Assembly (NCBI GenBank): GCA_000146045.2
Contig: BK006943.2
Coordinates: 576,001-640,000 of the forward strand
Length of the DNA: 64,000 nt
Direction: 5' to 3'
DNA from: TPA_inf: Saccharomyces
Lineage: Eukaryota
A program made the translations under genes and the position numbers. Shown here piece after piece: positions 1 to 10,494 of the stretch. A model generated the notes under the pieces. That model was not told the DNA's origin. It saw only the letters and a list, made by a program, of their open reading frames with translations, and ran no database searches. The first letter of the stretch is position 1, and every line of letters starts with the position of its first letter.

Positions 1-601
1 TATAAATTGGCAAGTTCCATCTGTCGATATCCTCCATGATCAATTTTTTATTCAGTTTCAGTTCATCTCTTGTCAAGGAATCTGATTTGCTGATCACAGG
101 GATGATGTTAACTAAGGATCCCAACTGTCTGATGAATTCCACATCAATCTCTTTTAAACCGTGGCCAGTTGGGTTGATTAAGTAAAGACAACAATGAACT
201 CTGCCGTCCTTAAATCTTGGGTTTCTTCTCACACGACTTTCTTCCAATAAGATTTCATCATATTGGTGGCGAATGTAGTCGGAAATGATTTCGAAAGATG
301 GAGAATTGTCGAGAGAATCACCGAATCCCGGAGTATCGATGATATTAAGTTGAATCTTGACACCTTCATCATCTTCTAATTCGACCGTCTCCTCTCTCAA
401 TTGTAAGTCTATTTCTGTGGACGTATCTGTGGGTAACAAGATTGTCGTCGAAGTGTCTACAACTTGCTGACCGCACAAAGTATTTATAAAAGTCGATCTA
501 CCAGATCCGGACTGGCCCACGATCATCACAGTGAAGGTTATACCTCTTTTCAAATGCTTTCTTTTTCTTAATGCAGAAGATGCGTCAATTATTCCGGACA
601 T
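1..601 (-). CDS. CDC11: Septin Cdc11, N-terminal ~200 codons (partial: gene runs off left window edge; start ATG = revcomp of 599-601)
   Basis: Revcomp of 541-601 translates MSGIIDASSALRKRKHLKRGITFTVMIVGQSGSGRST... with septin P-loop GQSGSGRST. Revcomp of 1-60 continues in frame (LKLNKKLIMEDIDRWNLPIY). Recognised as S. cerevisiae Cdc11. Confidence 0.9.
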   Translation of the reverse strand, partial: MSGIIDASSALRKRKHLKRGITFTVMIVGQSGSGRSTFINTLCGQQVVDTSTTILLPTDTSTEIDLQLREETVELEDDEGVKIQLNIIDTPGFGDSLDNSPSFEIISDYIRHQYDEILLEESRVRRNPRFKDGRVHCCLYLINPTGHGLKEIDVEFIRQLGSLVNIIPVISKSDSLTRDELKLNKKLIMEDIDRWNLPIY

Positions 602-1025
602 GGCTGGTGGTTAGCAACTTTAGGCCTTGTGATGATTGACTTTCTAAACGGCTCCAGATCGGGTCGCCAATACGTGGTGTCTACCTATTTTACTTTTCGA
701 TCAAATACTTTTTTGTTTATTTTTCTTTATGTTAGAAGGCGGAAAAATAAAGAATACTGGCGATCCTGCATGGTCGGGTAACGACCCACGAGCATTGTGT
801 TGTGTAAATATAGCCATATTTAAGCTATATTTATCTGTATAACATATACGTGTCCGTATGTGCCCGACCAAATATGTTACTGCGATGAAATGGATTGAGA
901 ACGATGTTTAAATGTTATGTTCCATGTTGTGTTTTCCACCAAAAAACCGTGAAGGACAATTCAATGAGCAAAGGGTTTAACGGAGCTATAACCTGCTTTT
1001 GTAGATGAAAAAATAGAAAATTCAA

Positions 1026-1045
1026 ATATATATATATATATATAT
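1026..1045. repeat. (AT)10 dinucleotide microsatellite in the CDC11 upstream / MIR1 downstream intergenic region
   Basis: Direct reading: atatatatatatatatatat. Confidence 0.9.
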
Positions 1046-1254
1046 TTATAATAGCATGTTAATTTACAGATATTTGGACTTTTGCAAAGTCAGTAAATAC
1101 ATGGAATAAGAATACTAGTGATTGAATAGAGTACATTTAAACAGATTTATTTATTTCTTTCCTTTGTTGACTCTTTCTTAGAATATGAAAAAAAAAAGGG
1201 GCTCCGGTGGTGATGAGGAGAGAATATATATGCATGTATCAATCAAGACCATTT

Positions 1255-2190
1255 CTAATGACCACCACCACCAATTTCAATGGTTGGTGGGCAACCCAAA
1301 GTGCTCTTTAAAGAACCATAAATACCAAATTGCAAGGAGGTCAAGGTACCAACCATGACCAAACGAGTAGGCAACCCAGCAAAGGAACCGAAAAATCCTA
1401 ACTGTTTGGCCAACTGAGCCAACAAACCGACTGTGGATTGGCCAGGAGCCTTCTTAGTCTTGTTGACCTTGGACAACAGAGTGTCTGCTGGCTGGGAAAC
1501 AATGGCAGCGGCCAAACCAGCAGTCAAACCGGAAAGCAAATTCAACAAAGTAGTGGAAGTAGAGGACAATTTTTCTTTTGGACCGGCGAACCCGTAGTAG
1601 AACTCGGAGGCACGTTCAAAGACCAAGAATTTAGCAATGTTGTAAGGAATTTGCTTGAACAAAATTGGAGTGAACCCACTGTAGAAAGAGCCGATACCTT
1701 CTTCTTTCAAAATTCTGGAAAACCCTCCGACGAGTCCATTAGCGAACTGTGGTTGGGAGACCAATCTGATTCTAGTGGCTTCTAGGGGACACAAGGCAAT
1801 GTCTGCCAAGAATTCGGCCATGGCAGCAGAACCCATGTAAACAGAGTTCTTGTAGCGAGAGGCGGTATCGTAACCCAAGTTGTCAATGAAGAACTTCTTG
1901 AACACTTCGTAACCACCGAACTTGAAGGCACCTTGGATAGAGTAACCCAACAAAGTAGGACCAAACCCGGTCAACAACGCACCAGCACCTTCTCCGGCGA
2001 TGATTTGCTTGAAAGAGCCGACCATACCCTTGTTGTACACGGTAGGTTCCAGTTGGATTCTCGTCTTAACGACATCGATCGGGACCATACTGGAGTGAGT
2101 CGACCCGCACCCTATGGCGCCGGCTAGGGCGAATTTCATGTAGTCAGAGACAGAGTACTGTGGAATAGCAGGAGCAGCAGACACAGACAT
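1255..2190 (-). CDS. MIR1: Mitochondrial phosphate carrier (mitochondrial carrier family), 311 aa
   Basis: Complete ORF with ATG start. Sequence [49 protein letters not shown]... recognised as yeast Mir1. Confidence 0.95.
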
Positions 2191-2859
2191 GGTGAGATGA
2201 GACTTTTTGATCTTTGTAGTTCTTCTTCTTGCAGATCACTCTGTTCTTTGCGATGGTTCTTGTAGATAAAAAGATCGGGAGGATGGATCGCACTTAAAAA
2301 TCTTCTCGAAACGGGCCGCGGCCGGGCATGGGACCCGTTCTCGACGCTGATTGGCTAACGATGGTTGGGCAGAGTCTCAGCTGCTGCTTGCTCACATTCG
2401 ACAAAAGACTAGAGGAAAGCAGTACCATGCTGCGATACTGTTGCATCGCAGCATTCCGCTGTCCAAAAACAATACCTGTTGTATTGTTTGAGGCTGGCAG
2501 GCGCTTGGGTAGAAACAACACCCGATACTGGTGACAGGGCTATCTATAAATATTAAAACTTGACTCCGCAATTCGTCGTAAACTGCCTTAACCATCGTAA
2601 TGGACGCCGTGCAAATGCTTCGACTTTTCCCAGTAGTCAGGCATTGCGCCAGACACTTGTGCTGCTTAATTGTCGTAATGAAAACATATCGGTAGCGGCC
2701 TTTTTTTATTTTTTTTCTCTATGGGCTGACGCTGTCACTTTTCAACGTCGCTCCGAGGCAAAAAAGCCACCGTCAGAAATAATTACTGTCACACACACTA
2801 GATGTCCATGTATCTTTAGCATATATAAAGCGAAAATAAAAGAAAGAGTCAACGCCGAT

Positions 2860-4221
2860 ATGAACAACACTTCCATAACCGGACCACAAGTACTACATAG
2901 AACAAAAATGAGACCACTACCAGTGCTAGAAAAATACTGTATCTCGCCACATCATGGGTTTTTGGACGACCGGTTACCCTTGACCAGACTGAGCAGCAAG
3001 AAATATATGAAATGGGAAGAAATCGTTGCTGACCTGCCCTCTCTTTTGCAAGAGGATAACAAGGTGCGGAGCGTCATCGATGGGCTGGATGTCTTGGACT
3101 TGGATGAGACGATCTTGGGCGACGTCAGGGAGCTCAGAAGAGCATATTCCATTTTGGGGTTTATGGCGCACGCTTATATTTGGGCCAGCGGAACTCCCCG
3201 GGATGTATTACCGGAGTGTATTGCAAGGCCACTGTTGGAGACAGCACATATTTTGGGTGTGCCACCGTTAGCTACGTACTCCTCGTTGGTGTTATGGAAC
3301 TTCAAAGTGACCGACGAGTGCAAGAAAACGGAAACCGGGTGTTTGGACTTGGAAAATATTACAACGATAAACACATTTACGGGAACCGTTGACGAAAGTT
3401 GGTTTTATCTGGTCAGCGTGCGGTTTGAAAAAATCGGCAGCGCTTGTTTAAACCATGGGTTGCAGATATTGAGAGCCATTAGAAGCGGTGATAAAGGAGA
3501 CGCTAACGTGATAGACGGGTTGGAGGGCTTGGCTGCAACGATCGAAAGGTTATCGAAAGCCTTGATGGAAATGGAGCTTAAGTGTGAACCCAATGTATTT
3601 TATTTCAAGATAAGACCATTTTTGGCCGGGTGGACGAATATGTCGCATATGGGGTTACCACAGGGTGTTAGGTATGGAGCGGAAGGACAGTATCGGATCT
3701 TTTCTGGCGGGTCCAATGCGCAAAGCTCGTTGATACAGACACTGGACATCCTTTTGGGTGTGAAACACACTGCGAATGCTGCGCATTCTTCCCAAGGAGA
3801 CAGCAAGATCAATTATCTGGACGAAATGAAAAAATACATGCCAAGAGAACATCGTGAATTTCTTTACCATTTGGAATCGGTATGTAATATTCGCGAATAC
3901 GTTTCTCGTAACGCTTCTAACCGTGCATTGCAAGAGGCCTATGGACGTTGCATTTCCATGCTGAAAATATTTAGAGATAACCACATTCAAATTGTTACCA
4001 AGTACATTATTTTGCCCTCCAATTCAAAGCAACACGGCTCCAATAAGCCGAACGTACTAAGTCCAATCGAGCCCAATACCAAAGCAAGTGGTTGTTTAGG
4101 GCATAAAGTTGCCTCATCTAAGACTATCGGAACCGGTGGTACAAGATTAATGCCCTTCTTAAAGCAGTGCAGGGACGAGACTGTCGCCACTGCGGACATT
4201 AAAAATGAAGATAAAAATTGA
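2860..4221 (+). CDS. BNA2: Indoleamine 2,3-dioxygenase (kynurenine pathway / NAD biosynthesis), 453 aa
   Basis: ORF track 2560..4221 starts at TTG. First in-frame ATG at 2860 gives MNNTSITGPQVLHRT..., recognised as Bna2 (IDO family). Confidence 0.9.
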   Translation: MNNTSITGPQVLHRTKMRPLPVLEKYCISPHHGFLDDRLPLTRLSSKKYMKWEEIVADLPSLLQEDNKVRSVIDGLDVLDLDETILGDVRELRRAYSILGFMAHAYIWASGTPRDVLPECIARPLLETAHILGVPPLATYSSLVLWNFKVTDECKKTETGCLDLENITTINTFTGTVDESWFYLVSVRFEKIGSACLNHGLQILRAIRSGDKGDANVIDGLEGLAATIERLSKALMEMELKCEPNVFYFKIRPFLAGWTNMSHMGLPQGVRYGAEGQYRIFSGGSNAQSSLIQTLDILLGVKHTANAAHSSQGDSKINYLDEMKKYMPREHREFLYHLESVCNIREYVSRNASNRALQEAYGRCISMLKIFRDNHIQIVTKYIILPSNSKQHGSNKPNVLSPIEPNTKASGCLGHKVASSKTIGTGGTRLMPFLKQCRDETVATADIKNEDKN

Positions 4222-4431
4222 CATTATACATTTTATTAACGCCCCCCCTTTTTTTTTTTTTTTTGTTGATGCAGAAGCCTCGCAACTTAAAGCTTTTCAG
4301 TTGTTTCTTCTTGGTCATATTTTTTATACATATATACATACATATATGCATGTGCTGTGTACTACATGCTGCCTTTCTTCAATTTTTATGTATAGACAAG
4401 GAGGCCAGAAAGATATTATAAACAATGTTTT

Positions 4432-5616
4432 TTATGTGAACTTCGAAGTACTTTGAAAATCAACCCTCCCATCTTGCGAGACGGTCGCAATAAACAGTGA
4501 GGGTCTGTTGGCAAGCTCAATGATCTTTGAATTTACATCGTTAGCCACTTGTTTCTCTAAATTGACACCGTTATCATTCACGTTGCTCTTCTTAACGTGG
4601 CCCTTGGACGTTAGTTTAGTTAGAATATTATCTTTGGATGTTGTCATTTCATGCGTTTGAATCAATATTGTTCTTGGACCTTTAATCTTCATAAAGTACG
4701 AGTCGACACCATAAATGTATCTTTTTTCGTACTGGTTACGGATCCAACTGCGCATTCTTTTGAAAAATTGAACAGTATGTCCGTAAGCAGATTTTAGCGT
4801 TTGGTTCTTAATGAATTTAGGTGCCACCGTATCATTACTTGAATCTCCGACGTACGCGCCTTCCACGTGTAACTCTTGTCTCTCCACTGAATTTGCAATA
4901 TCCAATTGACTTTGGCCGTTGATGGCCAAAATGTTTCTGGAATTAACCAGAATTTTGTCGCTTTCATCAATTAACTCAATTGAATATACCAACCCACCTC
5001 CACATACTAACACATTTCCTCTCCCATTCAGAATTTGAAATTTCCGTGGTAGTTGTGATTTTGATGAGTTCGAGACTAAAGACCTTGCAGAGGGAAAGAT
5101 AGGCGATTTGATTTCCAGACTGGAGTTCTGTTCAAATGCGATAATTGAATCCTTGCCAAATACATTCCAATCCTTTGTCCCGGTCAAATTCAGTACGGAC
5201 AAGCTTCTTGAAGAATCGAAAGGTCTTCTCGATGTTTGAAAGTTTGGGGCAGCCAGAATTTCTAAAACGGAGGATCCAATAATTCTATGAAACAATGAAG
5301 ATTTGAATGAACGAAATTTAATCAGGTTTGACCAAAAATTCAGCCATTTATAGGAAAGGGATAAATGGTTCAAATTGTGAATGGAAACTAGGCAATCCTT
5401 TTTGATACAAATTGGAATATCTGGTTGAACAGTGATAGATGCAATTTTACCATTTTCGTCTACTAGCCTGAAACGGGAAGTCGCAATATCCTTGCTTAAG
5501 TTCTCGATATATGTCCTTTCTTTAGTTACGACATTACTCTCCGTCTTGGCCGCTTGTGGGCTCAAAAGAGAAATTGATCTCTGCCAAACTCGAGTATTCA
5601 CCCTTGGGCTTATCAT
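4432..5616 (-). CDS. AIM24: Mitochondrial inner-membrane protein Aim24/Fmp26, 394 aa
   Basis: Complete ATG-initiated ORF MISPRVNTRVWQRSISLLSPQAAK... with an N-terminal mitochondrial-presequence-like region. Position after BNA2 matches YJR080C. Confidence 0.85.
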   Translation of the reverse strand: MISPRVNTRVWQRSISLLSPQAAKTESNVVTKERTYIENLSKDIATSRFRLVDENGKIASITVQPDIPICIKKDCLVSIHNLNHLSLSYKWLNFWSNLIKFRSFKSSLFHRIIGSSVLEILAAPNFQTSRRPFDSSRSLSVLNLTGTKDWNVFGKDSIIAFEQNSSLEIKSPIFPSARSLVSNSSKSQLPRKFQILNGRGNVLVCGGGLVYSIELIDESDKILVNSRNILAINGQSQLDIANSVERQELHVEGAYVGDSSNDTVAPKFIKNQTLKSAYGHTVQFFKRMRSWIRNQYEKRYIYGVDSYFMKIKGPRTILIQTHEMTTSKDNILTKLTSKGHVKKSNVNDNGVNLEKQVANDVNSKIIELANRPSLFIATVSQDGRVDFQSTSKFT

Positions 5617-5913
5617 GATGGGTGGATATCCTTTTCTGTGCTTCTGTTTTGTTTATCTGTATCCGTTTATTCGCCAGCCAATAAAATGACTGGGAGCACG
5701 GGACCTTTGAAATTTTGCCCTTGTTAGTAAATCGTTATAAAAATACTTATATAGATATTTTATAGAAAATGAAAAATAAAAGAAATAGCCAATATGTAGG
5801 TATATCGAACTTAAAGGTCACCTGTCGAAATCATTTCCTTCTTCTCTCTTTTTCTTTTCAATCAGATGTTTTAGAGCGGTCAAGCAACGTAAATACCAAC
5901 GTGTGCTATCGCA

Positions 5914-6255
5914 TTAGTCGTTTTGTGATTGGCCATGCTGCTGCTTCACGTACGTAGCACTACTTAATGAAAAAATACGATCATTGTTATTGAATGCAGA
6001 ATCTGCATGGCTGTGGTGTGACTTGGAGAAGGTATCAAACCCTTTTATGATGTTACCAGAATAGTGTGATTTTGACCCATGGGCTCCCCCATGACCTGAA
6101 TGGTTGTTATTACTATTGTGTGAGAAATACTCGGTCTCTTTATCATATATCTCTTGTTGTAAGTTGTCAAAGGTATCTTCTTGCTCTCTTCTATCTTGGA
6201 GGGACTTTTTTAGTTCCGCTTTCAATGCTTCATAACTTTTCAGCTCATCAGTCAT
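5914..6255 (-). CDS. EAF6: NuA4/NuA3 histone acetyltransferase subunit Eaf6, 113 aa
   Basis: ATG ORF MTDELKSYEALKAELKKSLQDRREQEDTFDNLQQEIYDKETEYF... (coiled-coil Eaf6 family). Size and position match YJR082C. Confidence 0.8.
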   Translation of the reverse strand: MTDELKSYEALKAELKKSLQDRREQEDTFDNLQQEIYDKETEYFSHNSNNNHSGHGGAHGSKSHYSGNIIKGFDTFSKSHHSHADSAFNNNDRIFSLSSATYVKQQHGQSQND

Positions 6256-6607
6256 TTTCTTCTAGGCGTAGGTTGGTAACAAACGGAAAGATGATGGAAA
6301 ATGGCTGTTCTCTAAAGATGTTTATCTTACGTATATTCTTTGCTTTCGTTGTGGCTTTACACACCTTTAATCATTAATTTAATGGCATAGTCGGCAAGTT
6401 GTTGAAGGACCTGGGTTAATCGCCTACATGTGAGGTTTTTTTAAAAATATCAATTACATTTAAAAAAGGAAAGCAGTAGTACCAAAAATCGGGCAAAAAA
6501 AATTTACCTAAATAAAGGAATGCATAAATGAAGCCGTTTAATCTTTGTATTTAATGAGAATATTACATATGAAGGTCTCTTGAGAAAGCATCAATAGTGG
6601 ACATTAG

Positions 6608-7537
6608 CTACCTTTTAAATAAATGAACGGGTATGTCACCCATGGGTTCAAACTCTTCATCATCCTCGTCTTCACTGCGTACTTCATCGTATTCGTAACC
6701 CAAATTTTCTTTTATGTAATAGTGATCTTTCTTACTTTTCCTCTTTTCCAAAAGGTCATCGAATTCGTCCTCTTCCATATTCATTTGATTGAATTTGTTA
6801 AGTATTCTTTGTAAGAATGGTGTGTTCTCCCCAGCAGTTGCCGTGGTATTAGCATTCTTCATAGTATTCCTTGGGGGTAGCAAGGGAGGACCCGATGTTG
6901 GAGTTGATTCTGAACTACGGCTTGGAGCAATATTTTGCATACGTTGTGACCGATTAGGCGGAGGGTTCGGTTTACGATTGGGTAGAGTGTTATTTATGTT
7001 GCTATTAACATTATTATTGGGCTTACTAAAAAAATCGTTTATACTCTTTTTTCCCTTGAGCATATTTGGTGAATTATTTACGTCCACAAATGTCTGTTGA
7101 ATTCTTTTGGTAAAAGTAGAGAGGTATTCACTTGGGTTCTGGTTACCTAATTTCTGTTGTCCATTTCGGGGCAGTGTATCTTTGAACTGTAACTCTAATT
7201 GTTTTAATTCTTTTTGGGCGACCTCTAATTTGAAACTAAGTTCATTGATTTCTCTGTGTTTTGCAGCTAATTTATATATTAAATCTTGGTCTGTTGAAAT
7301 CGGACTTGCGTGGTCGCTCACGGGTGACTGATTTGTCGTAGATCTTTGCGGACTTGATATAGGTATAGCAAGTCTTTTGGGCTTTAAAGGTGTCGTAACC
7401 CTTGGTGATTTTGATTCAGGCTGCACTTCATGTTGTTTTTGATGCGGCTGTTGCTGCTGTCCTTGGGAGTGTTTATCGACAATCGACAGCTTATGTAATT
7501 CAATTGGTTGACTAATTACACGCTGGTCTTCTGACAT
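6608..7537 (-). CDS. ACF4: Actin cytoskeleton factor Acf4, 309 aa, low-complexity S/N/P-rich
   Basis: ATG ORF MSEDQRVISQPIELHKLSIVDKHSQGQQQQPHQKQHEV... Size and position match YJR083C. Confidence 0.8.
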   Translation of the reverse strand: MSEDQRVISQPIELHKLSIVDKHSQGQQQQPHQKQHEVQPESKSPRVTTPLKPKRLAIPISSPQRSTTNQSPVSDHASPISTDQDLIYKLAAKHREINELSFKLEVAQKELKQLELQFKDTLPRNGQQKLGNQNPSEYLSTFTKRIQQTFVDVNNSPNMLKGKKSINDFFSKPNNNVNSNINNTLPNRKPNPPPNRSQRMQNIAPSRSSESTPTSGPPLLPPRNTMKNANTTATAGENTPFLQRILNKFNQMNMEEDEFDDLLEKRKSKKDHYYIKENLGYEYDEVRSEDEDDEEFEPMGDIPVHLFKR

Positions 7538-7732
7538 TACTTTAGGGCGTATGTATGGATGTATTTTGTATTGCTTTTGGCTAGTTAGTAGTATTCCTCA
7601 ATCGTATTGTTTTTGATTTTGAAAAAGCTAACGATAAAGGTCAGGAAAAAAAAAGAAAATTGTATGTAAAGGAATGTCTGGAGAGAGTTACACAGGAACA
7701 GAAAGGTCCAGCAACGGTTTCTACAACCAATC

Positions 7733-9004
7733 ATGGATGTTGATATAGGATGTTATTTTGAAGAGAAACGCTATGACGACAAACTGTTAGACTTCATCAG
7801 ATATGACGTTAAAACACCTAAAAAGACTAAATATATACTACAAAGGCCTACGGCGACAGATGAAGAGAGTGTACGATTACAAAGGTTTTACCAATTAGGA
7901 GTAGATCTAAAATTGAAGTATTCCAAGCGGAGGTCATTGAAGAAGCAAGGGCGGATCAAGAATGCTACTGAGGAATTGCTGCGATTAGCCAATGAACAGT
8001 TGAAACTTTTCAACAGAATAGTAGAAAGAGAAACCAATTGGATAATTTATCCGCTGTGGGTAATGGCTAAACAATTAATTCGTCTGGCAAACGAATCTAG
8101 TGAACTTAATAAAGACTCAATTGAGGAATGTGGACGCACTATCCATAGAAGCTTTACTATATGCCTCAATGATAGGAACCCAAGATTGAATGAAAATAAA
8201 AAAATCGGGTGTTATATGTTTGCTAATCTAGAGTTTTCCATCTACCATCGGTTAAGTAATAAAGATATGATTAAAAATTTAGTGAAAGTCCTCGAGAGCA
8301 GAGTGAACGCCCGGGATATACCACCGTTGAATAAAAGCCTGGCAATGGAACATAAGTCTCAAGTGGTGTTGTATAATTATTATCTAGGTCAATACTACGG
8401 ATGTCTGGAAAACGATCACGAACGCGGGTTCTTCCATTTAAATGAAGCATTATTGCAATGTCCAATGCTATATGTGGAATCTACCGGCAAGTTCGTCTTA
8501 CAGGGCCAAATGGAAAAGATAATGATACTGCTGGTTCCGCTTGCTCTTTTAACTAAAAGGTTGTACCCTCACTGGGATCATCCAGTAATCGCCGGAGTAA
8601 TTACTAGGAGTAAGCGCTTAAGTCAAGTTTATCCGACATTAGTGCGTAGCGTAATCTCAGGGAACCTGTCACTGTACGAGGCTACCGCAGCAAGCCATGA
8701 AAGATTTTTCCTTTCGCAAGGATTGCATGTCGTCATCACATTACTTCGAGAGGTGGTCTTCACTCGGTTGGTACAACGATGTTGGCAATGGGGGAATGAT
8801 CGGAAAAGTATCATGCCCTTGAAAATTCTTCTGGCAACAAAACAACACGATAGTTCTGCCAATGAGGACGAAGAGGAGCAGTTGGATGCCCTAGAATGCC
8901 GTCTAGCAAGTGCTATAGCAAGTGGGCTTTTGCGTGCTTATCTTTCTCACTCCAACCGCTGCATCGTTTTCAGTAAGAAGGAGCCCTTTCCCCATAGCAA
9001 ATGA
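7733..9004 (+). CDS. CSN12: PCI-domain COP9-signalosome-like protein Csn12, 423 aa
   Basis: ATG ORF MDVDIGCYFEEKRYDDKLLDFIRYDVKTPKK... Size and position match YJR084W. Confidence 0.85.
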   Translation: MDVDIGCYFEEKRYDDKLLDFIRYDVKTPKKTKYILQRPTATDEESVRLQRFYQLGVDLKLKYSKRRSLKKQGRIKNATEELLRLANEQLKLFNRIVERETNWIIYPLWVMAKQLIRLANESSELNKDSIEECGRTIHRSFTICLNDRNPRLNENKKIGCYMFANLEFSIYHRLSNKDMIKNLVKVLESRVNARDIPPLNKSLAMEHKSQVVLYNYYLGQYYGCLENDHERGFFHLNEALLQCPMLYVESTGKFVLQGQMEKIMILLVPLALLTKRLYPHWDHPVIAGVITRSKRLSQVYPTLVRSVISGNLSLYEATAASHERFFLSQGLHVVITLLREVVFTRLVQRCWQWGNDRKSIMPLKILLATKQHDSSANEDEEEQLDALECRLASAIASGLLRAYLSHSNRCIVFSKKEPFPHSK

Positions 9005-9119
9005 TAGAAAAATAGTCAATAATTGAACGAAGAAAAAAAAAAGAAAGTTTGTTCATAAAAGAATATCATATTATATATATATATAGGGTCGTATATATAT
9101 CGTGCGTCTTCTTCCTTCT

Positions 9120-9437
9120 CTAAGGGTAAAATTCCTTGTATTTGTTATAATAGTAGTAACTGCCGAGCCCACCCAAAGCTGTCAAAACGACAGGGACAGG
9201 TTTAGTGAACCTGGAAGGCATGCCTCTTATGACACCAGCACCAAGTAGTAAGGTCGATGCACCCAATGCCATTTCGAGCCCACCATCTCTATTCATATGT
9301 AGCAAGTAACCGGCAATCCCATATACACTACCGAATACTAAGCCAGATACTAGAGATGGAATGGAGCCCTTACGGTAGTATCCCATAAGGCCACCGGCTG
9401 TAGTCAAAAGACTCAATGTATATGCTGGATGTTCCAT
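9120..9437 (-). CDS. TMH11: TMEM14-family small mitochondrial membrane protein, 105 aa
   Basis: ATG ORF MEHPAYTLSLLTTAGGLMGYYRKGSIPSLVSGLVFGSVYGIAGYLL... with glycine-zipper transmembrane helices typical of TMEM14. Matches YJR085C. Confidence 0.8.
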   Translation of the reverse strand: MEHPAYTLSLLTTAGGLMGYYRKGSIPSLVSGLVFGSVYGIAGYLLHMNRDGGLEMALGASTLLLGAGVIRGMPSRFTKPVPVVLTALGGLGSYYYYNKYKEFYP

Positions 9438-10067
9438 AGTGTGATCTGATGTTCCTTTCTCTCAAACTTCGTTTCTGTCTTGTCTCCCGCTGTTACCTAA
9501 TAACTTCATGTGATCTGCTCCCCCTTCTCGTTAAATACCACCTTTTCATCAACCCCGTAGGGCGCGACACGTCTAAAATATTAACCTCTGAATACTTATT
9601 GGGTCAAAATGAATGTTGATAACTTTCCTTTACAAAAAAAAAACTAATAGAGTATATGCATTTCGGTAGTGAAATATTCGTTAATGCTAATATGCTCAGT
9701 AGTGATCCTAGATTACCAGTTTTACTGCAGCCATCGTACAATTTTGGAACGAGTATAAAGAGAGAAATTAAAAACGACAAGAAATATTCGTACTAGCTTC
9801 TCTTCCGGCTTGATGACAGTCTTAATATCATCTGCAACTCTTGAAATCTTGCTTTATAGTCAAAATTTACGTACGCTTTTCACTATATAATATGATTTGT
9901 CAATGTGATGAGTGAATGTCTCCCTGTTACCCGGTTTTCATGTTGATTTTTGTTTCAGGCTCTAAATGTTTGATGCAATATTTAACAAGGAGAACAGAAA
10001 TGTTTTGTGACAGCACCTGTCAATTTTAGGATAGTAGCAATCGCAAACGTTCTCAATAATTCTAAGA

Positions 10068-10400
10068 ATGACATCAGTTCAAAACTCTCCACGCTTACAA
10101 CAACCTCAGGAACAGCAACAGCAACAGCAACAGCTTTCCTTAAAGATAAAACAATTGAAGTTAAAAAGAATCAACGAACTTAACAATAAACTGAGGAAAG
10201 AACTCAGCCGTGAAAGAATTACTGCTTCAAATGCATGTCTTACAATAATAAACTATACCTCGAATACAAAAGATTATACATTACCAGAACTATGGGGCTA
10301 CCCCGTAGCAGGATCAAATCATTTTATAGAGGGTTTGAAAAATGCTCAAAAAAATAGCCAAATGTCAAACTCAAATAGTGTTTGTTGTACGCTTATGTAA
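10068..10400 (+). CDS. STE18: Pheromone-response heterotrimeric G-protein gamma subunit, 110 aa, C-terminal CAAX box (CTLM)
   Basis: ATG ORF MTSVQNSPRLQQPQEQQQQQQQLSLKIKQLKLKRINELNNKLRKELSRERITASNACLTIINYT...SNSVCCTLM. Gamma-subunit coiled coil plus CCTLM prenylation/palmitoylation motif. Confidence 0.9.
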   Translation: MTSVQNSPRLQQPQEQQQQQQQLSLKIKQLKLKRINELNNKLRKELSRERITASNACLTIINYTSNTKDYTLPELWGYPVAGSNHFIEGLKNAQKNSQMSNSNSVCCTLM

Positions 10401-10494
10401 TGATAGTAATAGAATCCAAAAAAAAAAAAAATATACATGCTTTTTCATATCCTCTCTCACCCTATCTTTTTTTTTCTTCTAATTTTGGCTCCGT

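Noticed and set aside
2560-2859. Long N-terminal extensions in the ORF track for BNA2 (553 aa), BIR1 (969), GRR1 (1169), JSN1 (1108), RSM26 (274), URA8 (580), YJR107W (366) and RSM7 (250)
   Set aside because: The track initiates at TTG/GTG codons, which I verified at 2560, 11673, 18379-81, 22385-87, 42210, 44748, 51226 and 62982-84. Yeast uses AUG, so each gene was trimmed to the first in-frame ATG. That reproduces the known protein lengths.
4222-5700. A plus-strand gene between BNA2 and AIM24 (a dubious intron-containing YJR079W is vaguely recalled here)
   Set aside because: Only short plus-strand ORFs (4205-4456, 5432-5689) are present. They overlap AIM24 or its flanks, and I cannot reconstruct a credible spliced gene from the sequence.
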